From contig MU061538.1 of NCBI GenBank assembly GCA_013265495.1, positions 558,001 to 622,000 on the forward strand: a stretch of 64,000 nucleotides of DNA, in the 5' to 3' direction. A model generated the notes under the pieces. The model ran no database searches and had not been told where the DNA came from. It saw nothing but the letters and a program-made list of their open reading frames with translations. Positions 1 through 10,220 of the stretch are shown here, one piece after another. Every line of letters begins with the position of its first letter. Positions within the stretch are counted from its first letter, which is position 1. The position numbers were made by a program, and so were the translations under genes. This DNA comes from Vicugna vicugna (taxonomy: Eukaryota).

Positions 1-339
1 GCGCCCCGCGAGACACTGCGCTGGGCCGCGACGAAGACGCAGCGCCCGCGCTCACTTCCCCGATGTCCCAGGGCCCTATGACTGCAGCGGGCTCTGGCCG
101 CGAGGGCCAGGCGCTCCGGTGCCCTTACGGCCGAGCGCGGGGCCTGGGCACGTCCCCCCTGCTCGCCCCGTGCCTGGCGCGGGGTCTCCGGACCCCACGA
201 CGTCCCCAGCACCGCGGAGGCCAGCCCTCTCGCCCTGGAGAGGATTTCCCTGTCCTCCGCCCCTAGGGTTCTGAGACCCCCTCCACCCACCCAGGGCTGG
301 GGAGTCCCCGGAACCCACCTACCCAGATATAAACGCGCT

Positions 340-359
340 CGCGCGCGCGCGCGCACACA
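340..359. repeat. (GC)7 plus (AC)n alternating purine-pyrimidine tract
   Basis: cgcgcgcgcgcgcgcacaca. Confidence 0.9.
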
Positions 360-363
360 GGCC

Positions 364-377
364 GTTGCTATGGAGAG
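364..377. promoter_or_regulatory. RFX X-box-like site
   Basis: GTTGCTATGGAGAG (reverse complement CTCTCCATAGCAAC). Motif match only. Confidence 0.4.
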
Positions 378-2460
378 GCGGGTTCCCAGCCAGGCTGAGG
401 GCGGCAGGTCCCCTCCCGAAGCCTCTCTTCCCTCCCAACCCTCTCTCCCCCATTCTACTCCCTCGCCCCACCAGGACTCCCCAGGTTCCCTCCCGCCTCC
501 TCCGCGCACCCCCGTTCTCTCCACCCCTCTAGGGTCAGGACAGGGTTCGCCCGGGAGGCTGGAGAGGTACGCCCAGGCCCCGGGAGCGAGGGCCGACCCG
601 AGCCCCGTGGAGGGCTGCAGGGAGGGACATAAACCTCAGCCAGTAGGATCTCTGGCCCTAGATGGCCGCCCCTGGCGCAGCGCGGGGCGTGGGCTCTGGG
701 AGTGGGGGATCGGACAGCTCTCAGGGAGGCCGGACAGGTGGACAGAGGGCTGGGATCCGCAGGCCCTGCCCCGGCGGGAGGACGTGAGAGCCGGGGTGGC
801 TCCCCTCGCCTGTCCTGCCCACTGTATGGGGGCTAGGTGCCCCCACGGTGGACAACCCGAGAGGAGCCGCAGCTCCCATTTGGTCTCCCCGGGACGCTTC
901 TCGAAGCCTGGCGAGGCGGCATGGAAGCCTTCTGCCCCAGGCGAGCTCCGGCCCACTCAGGCCTACCGGGCCTGGGCTCTGCAGCGCTCAACTCCTAGCC
1001 CCTATAAATACCAAATAAAAGTAAATCTCGCTTAGGCCTTCGATCCGAGAAAGGGAGTCCTTTGGACGCTTTTAGACAGGCGCTCGACGACGTCTGTTGG
1101 CGACCCCTTCCCCTGAGCCCTGGCCCAGGGGGCTGTGCACCTCTGTTTCCCGGAGAGACGCGCGACGGCGAGGCCCTCGGCGCAGGGCAGGCCTGGGGGC
1201 AGCGCCTGCGGGAAGGGAGGGCGAGGGAGCGGCGCAAGCTCGGCGGCGGGGCTGCCCGAGGTGGGGGCGGGGGCCGAGCTTGCCCAGCAGGGGCCGGAGC
1301 GGGCGCAGGGGCCGCCGGGTGTGGGCGGGAGGGGCGTCGGGTTAGGAGGGGCCGCCTTGCTAGGCGAGGGCCGCCGTCTCCAGCTGTCCCGAGCGCAGGA
1401 ACAATGGGGAGGCGGTGGGAGAGGGGGACCGGGAGGAGGGCGTCAGGGTTTCCAGAAAAGGAGAAACTAAAGAGCCCTCCGCAGACTGTCATCTGCATGT
1501 GACAAGATCGCTCCCCCACTCCTTTCTTTCTTCCCCTTGTTCCTGCAGCTGTGGGCCGCGGAGAGAGCATTGTACACACAGATGTTGGGTTTCTGCTCTC
1601 CGCTCTCGGCTGCTCCGCGGGGGGCGCCGCGCACCGGGGGTGCCCCAACCTGTGGCTGCGAGCAGGGGTCCAGAGTGTGGGGAGGGAGAGTGTGGGAGAA
1701 AGGGCCGCGGGAGCGCGACGGGGCGGCGGGGAGCCGGCGGGAGGCCAATCACTGAGCCCTACGGGCCCGCTCGCCCCACCGCCCGCCCCCCAGGCCCCAG
1801 CTCGGCCTGTCGCGTCGCGGACCAGACTCTGACTCGCGCCCTGGGCCCGCGCTTGAGGTCAGGGAGCTTCGGGAGGCGCGAGCGCCTGGGAGCGCGGCCC
1901 TGTGACCCCGCTCCGCTCCACCTGCCGGCAAGGCCTTGGACCTGTGAAGACCGGACAGAGCTCGATTTCCTCCTTTTCCCCGCCGCCTCAGTCAGCTTTG
2001 GGCTGGCGGCCGCCAGTTCGCCTGGACCGAACGGTGGCCAAGTTCTCACTAGTTCCCGCGTCCGGCAAGGCGCTTTGTACGCGCATTCGAGACCTAAATA
2101 CTCGATCGGGATTCATGTCAAGGTGAGGGTTGAGGGGCACCTAGTCGCTGGTTTGCCGGCGTAACTGCCTTGCTTCAATCTGGAAAGCGAGCAAAGGGCC
2201 CCGGGGCAAAAGTGTTCAAGCCAACTCGGAAGACGGCTTCGTCCTGAGGTTTTCTCTTGCAGGAGTTTCGACGCCCCCACCGCTCCCGAAGCAGAGGTCG
2301 CAGTCGGGCCGCGAGGGTTGACGCTTCTTGCCGAGTCCCCTCTCCCCCGAGCGCTACCCTGAACTTGCCCAGGATGAAGGCGATTCGAACGATGAAAGGG
2401 AGAAAGGCTGAAAAGAAAGAAAAGGCGAAGGCCCGGGCTGCCGCGCTGTACGAATGACTG

Positions 2461-2667
2461 NNNNNNNNNNNNNNNNNNNNNNNNNNNNNNNNNNNNNNNN
2501 NNNNNNNNNNNNNNNNNNNNNNNNNNNNNNNNNNNNNNNNNNNNNNNNNNNNNNNNNNNNNNNNNNNNNNNNNNNNNNNNNNNNNNNNNNNNNNNNNNNN
2601 NNNNNNNNNNNNNNNNNNNNNNNNNNNNNNNNNNNNNNNNNNNNNNNNNNNNNNNNNNNNNNNNNNN
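2461..2667. other. Assembly gap (207 N)
   Basis: Run of N. Confidence 1.
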
Positions 2668-3544
2668 CGCGGCCGGTGGCCCTGCGGGGACCGTCCCGCG
2701 CCCGTCCTCGCCGCGCCCTGACCCGAGCGCCTTGCCCCAGGCCGGGCCCGGGCGGAGCGCACAGAGCCCTGCCGAGCGGCAGAACAGAGCTGCCGGCTCC
2801 CGCGGGCTCGGAGATGGTGCCGCCGCCGCCACGGCCAGTGGAGCCGCGGCGCGCGGCGCGCGGCACCTTTGTCTCCGCCGGCTGCCCGAGAAGTTTGTGG
2901 TCAGAAGCAGGATGGCCCCGCTCGTCTGTGGCTCCGGCGCAGGGGAACGGCTGGCGGTGGTGATGGCGCCGCTGCTGCCCGCGGCCGCCGAGCCCCGAGG
3001 CCGCTCCGCCCCTCACACGTCCCCCTCTCCTCCGGCTTGGGTGCCCGGCGCTCGCCCCGCTGCAGGTAACCAGGGGCGCCGGCCGGGGTCGTGGGCACTG
3101 GTGGGGTTGTAGGAGAATGGACACGGGCTGGGTTGGGGGCGGGAGGGATCAAGAGGGACCGACCCACTGAGGGCATCAACCAGCACATGTAGGCGATGGG
3201 GCGCGGAACTGGAGCCTGGGAAGGGCGGAGGGTACGCCTGGGGGAACTCGGATGGGCGACCAGGGCGTCGGAGAGCCCAGTCCAGGGGCTAACTCTGGCT
3301 CGCAGCAGGATGCCTGTCAAAGGCTCTGTATGGCTGGGGAGGTCTGCGTAGGAGGTCATTCCCCAAGTAGGCCAGGGGTGGACATCCCCAAGTGACCCGA
3401 TTGGTGGCAGCTCTTCCTGGGCGCAAAGATTGAGAGGGGGTAGCAATTGTCCCACCCCCTAGCGCCCCGCGGAGACTGCTGTGGCGAGGCTGGGGCCGCT
3501 GCCTCTCGGACTTCGCCCTGAGCCTGTCGCATCGCCAGCCACTC

Positions 3545-3634
3545 CGGGCAGTTCAGACTGTCAAGAGAGAGGGGCGGGGGGGGGGAAAAAAACGGGCAGT
3601 TCAGACGGTGAAGAGAGGGGGGGGGGGGGGGGGG
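3545..3634 (+). repeat. Two-copy 48-bp-period duplication ending in poly-G
   Basis: cgggcagttcagactgtcaagagagagggg at 3545 and cgggcagttcagacggtgaagagagggg at 3593. Confidence 0.85.
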
Positions 3635-6600
3635 TGAGGGCACAGATGGGGAGGGTTGTGGGAGAAGATGAAGGACAGGATGACCAGCAAGGGTGGAGAG
3701 AACCCATCGTGGGGCCATTTTCCTCCCAGCCCGTTTTAGGGCTCTCTTCGCCCACCTCACTCTGATCCGGGAGCATGCCTCGCTACTGTCAGGGTGTCCC
3801 AGTTAGAGGACACTGGATGGGCACCAGGGAGGACAGTGTGAGAGGCGGGGGGGGGGCTGTGTGTGAGAGTGCAGGGTCCTCTGACCCCCACCCCCCAGCC
3901 TGCAGGAGAAACACCTCGACCACCTCCCCTCCCCCAAAGGGAACCTGCGCTTTCTCAGCGCCGCCGCCACCACCCCCCCCACTCCCCCAGGTGAGGCAGC
4001 CGCGTGTTCGCCAGAGAAACTTCTGCTGCAGAGCTGTTTGAAGGTGGGACTTCTTTCCTTCCTTCATTAACTGTCTATATGGTTTTGAACTGTGACCTGC
4101 TTGGAGGATTTTGAGAGGCCTCGTTGGGGACAGTCGGGCAGACCCCAAGTTAGGGGTTGAAATCTCAGCAGAACAGGCCTTTTAGAGCTGGAGAGAGACT
4201 CCCGCCCTTTTGTGTCATCAGTGCTAGAGCTCGCTGCGCTCCCAGCTGGACGGCTGGGGGGGGGGTTGTGTCACAGTCGCCAGTGCCCACTGCACCCCTA
4301 AACGCACAGCCAGAGGGTGGCCAGAAGCACCGCGCATGGCCCTGCTCCTGCCCACCTCCCTGCGTCCCAGGCCGACCTCTGCTCCAGCGCATCTTCGGGC
4401 TCTGGGGTTCATTTGCCCAGCTAAGTCCGCAGACAGTGGCCCCTGGTCGGCACTGAGGAGCCTCCCCGCCTGCGTCAAGGGTGCAGCGGGCCCAAGTGGC
4501 CTTCGCCAAGGCGGCCTTCTCTGAATGTAGGCAAGAGCAAAAGTGCGGGGAGGTGAAGGTGTGCATGCAGGCGGGAGACAGACGCTCATTTCTTTTTGCC
4601 AACTCGGGAGGAAGGGCCCCCACGCAGCCAAGTACACCCCACTTGGCTACCGAGAGGGGTGACGAGGTGAGGCAGGGGGCCTGAGCAGCTCCCCGGATCC
4701 TGGGGTGCTCGACGGCGTCGTTGGGGACCTCGATCCGTGCCCCGCGGCCAGCGCGCTTTATGGCGGGGGAGGCTGGGACGAGGCATTGTCCCTGCGGGAA
4801 GCGGGCTGGGGCTGCTTGGGGACCCCCTCAGTGCTGTGAATGCCGGCGGCTCCCAGGAAACCTCGACCCTTTGTGTCCGGCGCTGCGGTCTGATCTTTCC
4901 GACCTCCGTGCGGATCTTGTAAATAAGAAAGGGGGGGGGGGACTGGGCAGGAGCTGGGAGAAAAGCCCGGGCCTGCAGGGCGGGGAGGGGCCGAAAACGG
5001 TCGTGCGCCCCGACCCACGGTCCCAGTGGCGCCGCCGCGGGGTCCTGACCCGCGCCGCTGGACGAGCCTTTAGGATGCGCCTTCTGAGCTTCCGTGAAGG
5101 AGAGCGAGCCAGACCCCAGTCCTGAGAAGGGCCTGGTTCCTGCGGAGGGGAAACTCCCTCCAGAGCACTGGCTACTCAGGCCGCGCTGGCCCTGAGGGCG
5201 CGCGCCGGGGTCCTGGCGGCCTCGGGGCGGACGTGCACCAGCCGCGCGGGCCCGGAGCGGCGCTTCAAGTTTATTGGCCGAGTTTGAGTTTGGGAGCCAT
5301 AAAAATGCCGGCAGTGAGTCTGAAAGATGGCTGGAGCCGGCTTTCTGCTGGGGGCGAGCCACTTCGCTGTGTTCTCAGAGTCGCTCACTCTCCTCCCGGA
5401 GACGATTTTCTGTTTATCAGGCTCTGCTGAAAATTAGTGCACACGGGGGTGCCTTTCCCACTTTAAACATAAATATCGTAAATCTTCCCTGATACCTTAA
5501 AACAGAGTATTTCCCCAAAAGTGATGTTCTAGGAGTGCTTAAAGATGCAAACAGTGTATAACCTTTTGTGCACCTACTTTTATGCCTATGCCAGGAAAAG
5601 GCTTCACAAATAACCTCTTTTAAAACACCATATCCCCACTTATCTTCATTAAAGTTTATATTTAAGAATAATTATTTCTTGGAGATTGCTTTCTTTTGCT
5701 CATATAGGCTTTTTTTTGGCTACTTGAATGGCAGATTTGCAAGTACAATTTCATCTGCACAGACGAACAATAGCCTTCAGTCGCACAAAGGATTTCTCCC
5801 ACCCTGAATTCAGACTGCAATGCCTCTTGCTCTGATAATAGCTTCTGAAAAGATTTTGTAATGCAGAGAATTAATACATGATTATTTCCGCCTGACTTCT
5901 CTCATTTATTAGAATTCTGTGGCGAGTTCCAAATTAAAAATAGTCCAGTTAACAGCTTTAAAAAATACTTTTAAAATATTTTAAGACCCCCCCTTCATAT
6001 TTTTAAAGTCTGATCATTCCTATGGCCCCAAAGCTGTTAATATTTTTGATCAGCTTTACAGTGATAGTTAACTACGTTTTAGTAAATATATTTTAGTAAA
6101 CTTAGCATGAAATTTCCAAGTGATTCCAAGATGATTTATCTGGAAAACCAAAGACAGATTTGTTTTAGCAACTCACTAGTAGTCTCTAAAATTAATTTCT
6201 GAATTTTACAGGGAAAGAGGGCTTTATAATTATAGTAACATAGAAGTGCAGAGGAACACAGGCTGAGCCTTGGTTTGCAAATCACATTCATTAGAAATGA
6301 TACAAGTGAAAACACTGATCTTGGAAGTTTAATATCAGTGAAGGTGCATGCCTGTGCCTATAGGTTTTTGGTACAAGTGTATTTTAAATTGAAGTCAGTG
6401 ACTTAGATGACGCATTGCTCTTGCTAATTGGTTTCACTGCACAGCCCTGGGAAAATACTAAATTTTCCTACCTGTCAACAGATATTTTTACCATAAAGTT
6501 TTGTATCTGTGTGGCTGCCTCCGTTCTCACAGACAAGTTTGGGTATAGAATGTTCTTTTTTTCTTCTTTCTTCTTTTATTTTAAGCTTACCACATGGACC

Positions 6601-9334
6601 GTTTAAAAAATTTTTTTGAAGATATTTTGCCATAAATGGCTCAGAAGATAATGTAGAGGAAGCCTCAAGCACCTTCACATATAAGTACAAATCAAAGTAG
6701 TTTAAATAGGTCAGGGCAATGCCTAGATTCTATGAGCAATTCCACTGATTGTCTCTGTGGTCACACGAGTATTTCCAATCACAGCTTCTGCAATACATTA
6801 TATTATAAATTCAAGAAGCTGCAGGTGGAGGTGGTTGAGTGGAAGAAATATGCAATATTGTACTTTACTCTCAAGATACATCTAATCTGATATAAAGTTG
6901 ACTTAACTATTCCTAATCATTTTTGAAATCACACTTTTCCTGCAAGTCAGCATTAAGTGCTTGTATGTGAGCCTCCTGCATCCTGGGGTGCACAGACACC
7001 CTGAGCTCCTCTGTGACCAGGCTGCTCGGAGGAGTCGCTGCTGCCTCCTCGGTCTTCCCCCTCACTCCTCCCCTGCTCCAAACTTTCCGTGAGGCGAGCC
7101 ACCGCTGTACAGAGGAGGCGTTCCGCTTTTGAAAGACGCCTGACTGTAAATGTCAAAGTCATAAATATTTAAACATTATTTTCTTTCAATTTCCAGTCAA
7201 GACTGACAGGATGCCTCTGATTAGTCAAGGGCTCTCTGCAGGGCTCAGCCCCAGAACGAGACCTCAGGAAAGCACCTGTAGTTCCTGCCCCCAGCCTTGG
7301 GGAGCAGGCGCCCCCGGTCACTCCTGGGCAAGGCGGCGGATGACTAGCTTTCAAGCAAAAGCAGACACTTCTTTCTTCTAAAGCTTCTGGTTAGCAGGGG
7401 TATTCAGGTAGTTTTTTTTAACTCCATGAAATAGAAACATAAAATAATCGTAGTTATTTACACTCAATCACTATGCCAAGGAGGGGAGTTCACTCTCTTA
7501 AAAAAAAAACACACAAAAGAAGACTATCTGTGAATGTCGTTTCTTCCGGATTCCTGAGACCCGACCTGCAGCCCACAGGTTTTCCTCCTCGCTTGACCCT
7601 CCTGCCAGCACTAGGTAGGACGCTGGAGTCACTGAAGGGGGAGCCCAGAGAAGAGTGACTTTTCGGTTTCCAACTGAGCTTGCCCGCGGGCCAGCGTAGG
7701 GGGAGGGGTCCCAGCCAGGCCCTAAGACCCTGCGACCTCAACGTCAGAGTGGTCAGAGCCCTCACCATTCCTCTCTGCCCAATTTCTCTCCCCTCCCGAT
7801 CAGACCACTTCTTTCCCCCGCCATTTCCAACTGTCCCTGCCGTTCAGGCCCCGAGGTGACCCGGTGCCCACAGTCCCCAGCCTCACTGGACTCTCCCCTA
7901 GCTCCAGGAGGGCCTCCTTGAGGGTGGGCTGCGGGAGGTAAGCCTGGGCGGCTCCCACCCAGCCTAGGGACCACTGTCACACCTTCTCTGCTGGGCAGTG
8001 GAGTGCTGATGAAGCCAAAGAAAATGGAATTCAGTGGGCATAGGGCCCCGTCCTCTTCCCTCCAGGAGCACCTGGGACCTAGCAGGGGCGGGGCAGCTGC
8101 CAGGAGGCAGAGCTGGCCCAGGGAGGAGGGACCCGGGATCTTCAGGCAGTAGCTCTCCTTGACATTTTTCTTTGACCTCGAGTAAATTCCAAGCGCGCAG
8201 CTGGGGGCAGCCAGGCAGGCCCCGTTCCGCTCCCCTCCCGGGCTGAGCGCACCATGGGTCACAGTGACCCTCGGTTTCCAGCAACGACGACCCAGCCGGC
8301 CTGGAGGCTGCGCCTAACCTATCCAGCCTCCCTGGGAAGTGCTTCGGCGCGGCCTCAGGTGAGCGCCCAGCCAGAGTCTCTCCTGCCGCCTCAGACCTGG
8401 GCCAGGGTAACGTACAGGCACCGCCACCGGCCTCCTCCGTGGGGCTCATGCGCATTCACGGCCTCTCACCTAGAACCGAGTGACAACCAGGCTGCGTTTG
8501 TGTCCCTTGCCGGGTGAGCCAGCGAGTGCCCAGCGCGGCAGAACCCCGCGCCCAGCCGGATGGGGCCTCGCTCCCAGTCTTGGTCCCCTGCGCGCGTGCG
8601 GCCGCCTGTCGGGTGCGCACGGAGCTGTCTGCCACACACCGAGACACTGCGTTCCCTCGGAGCCAAGCTGCTCACCGCATGCGTGTGCGCTTCACGTCGC
8701 CGGGCTGGAAGGTTCGGGAAGTCCCTGTTCCCAGGCGCAGTCAGCCACGTGGGCGCGCGGGGTCCTCCCGACGCCTGGGCGGGACCCTCTAGGTGGGGGC
8801 GCGGGAACAGCAGGACACCCCCTCCGTCGGCCGCGCCCCCTCCTTTGTTGTCCTCTCTGCTCGGTCTGCCGAAGCTCGGAGCGGCTCCGGGGCCCGGGTG
8901 TGGATTTGGGCCTCTCTCCGGGAGCCGAGGGGACAGTTGAGGGGGATGGGGGTCTCCGGCGGCACGGGAACCCGGGCGGCGGCCGGCCTGGACTCTCAGG
9001 GGAGCGTCCTGGGCGGGTCTGGACAGCCCCCCGCCCGGCCCCGAGGGCGTGGAGAGGGGCGCGCTCGCCCTCAACGCGCCGCGGGCGGACGGGCGCGAAC
9101 CACCGCACGGCCCGGGAGCCGGGAAGGGAGGCGGGGTGCCGGGCGCCCTCCCCGCCCGCGCGGGTCTCCGAGGCCTCGGTCGGCCCCTCGTGCTTATTTC
9201 TGTGGCTTTGGCTCTCGGCGCGGTCGGGGACCGGGTGCCGAGGGGAGCAGGGCAGCGGGGATGGGAGCCGGCAGCCTTTGGGGTGACTTCTTTCTGGAAG
9301 CTGCTGTGTGGGCCGAGGAGAAAGGGGCGAGGGG

Positions 9335-9473
9335 NNNNNNNNNNNNNNNNNNNNNNNNNNNNNNNNNNNNNNNNNNNNNNNNNNNNNNNNNNNNNNNNNN
9401 NNNNNNNNNNNNNNNNNNNNNNNNNNNNNNNNNNNNNNNNNNNNNNNNNNNNNNNNNNNNNNNNNNNNNNNNN
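9335..9473. other. Assembly gap (139 N)
   Basis: Run of N. Confidence 1.
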
Positions 9474-9607
9474 CCCTCCCCCCGCCCCTCCCTCCGCGCC
9501 GCCCCCCCGCCCCCCTCCTTCATCCCTCCCGCCGCTGGCGAACCTGCCGTCCTCTCGGAGCCGCGCATCCAGGCAAGAAAATCCGGCGTCTTTTCTCATT
9601 TCACCCG

Positions 9608-9755
9608 NNNNNNNNNNNNNNNNNNNNNNNNNNNNNNNNNNNNNNNNNNNNNNNNNNNNNNNNNNNNNNNNNNNNNNNNNNNNNNNNNNNNNNNNNNNNN
9701 NNNNNNNNNNNNNNNNNNNNNNNNNNNNNNNNNNNNNNNNNNNNNNNNNNNNNNN
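9608..9755. other. Assembly gap (148 N)
   Basis: Run of N. Confidence 1.
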
Positions 9756-10197
9756 ATAAGAGGCCCTGTGTACACTCGGAGACGGGAGGAAATGAAGAGT
9801 TGGGAGGCTGAATACGGAGCAGAAAATTACCAATAGAAGAGAGATAATGAATAGGCCGGCCAGGCATTCATGGGGAAAAGTCCATTTTGTCACCACGCGG
9901 AATTAGGCGGCGGAGGGAGTCTGCTAATTGCGCTCATCTTGTAGCCGCCGGCTGAGGCGGGGGCGCGCGCCTCCGTTCCCCCCGCCCAGCGGTCGTGGAG
10001 GGCTGTGCTGGCCGGAGTCGCTTCCGTGTTCCCCTGGCGTTTTTAATTGTTGCTAATATTCCTCATAACCAAGCTAATGAGGGCGAGCGCTCTGCAACTT
10101 CGTGCACACGGAGACTAGTGAACCGCCCGAAGGGCCTTCCCACCCCACCCCCCTGAAGCCTGAGAATCTGGTGGACGGGCTCCCTCACCTCTTACCC

Positions 10198-10220
10198 GCC
10201 GCATCCGCATCCGCATCCGC
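10198..10220 (+). repeat. (CCGCAT)n hexamer microsatellite, about 3.5 copies
   Basis: gccgcatccgcatccgcatccgc. Confidence 0.85.

Larger units (their letters stand above)
1..5420. promoter_or_regulatory. Intragenic CpG island, part A (in the intron upstream of the TM exon; extends off the left edge)
   Basis: Very high GC with dense CpG (e.g. gcgcccgcg, cgcggcgcgcggc), GC boxes and CCAAT at 1745-1749. Boundaries are by eye. Confidence 0.85.

Noticed and set aside
1003-1019. TATAAAT with overlapping AATAAA
   Set aside because: Ambiguous between a promoter and a poly(A) signal, with no supporting downstream elements; not called as a feature.
8466-9896. Long ORF-track ORFs in the CpG island (476 aa -, 347 aa +, 268 aa + and others)
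   Set aside because: They span N-gaps, overlap in several frames, have G/P/R/A-rich composition typical of stop-poor GC DNA, and show no recognisable domain.
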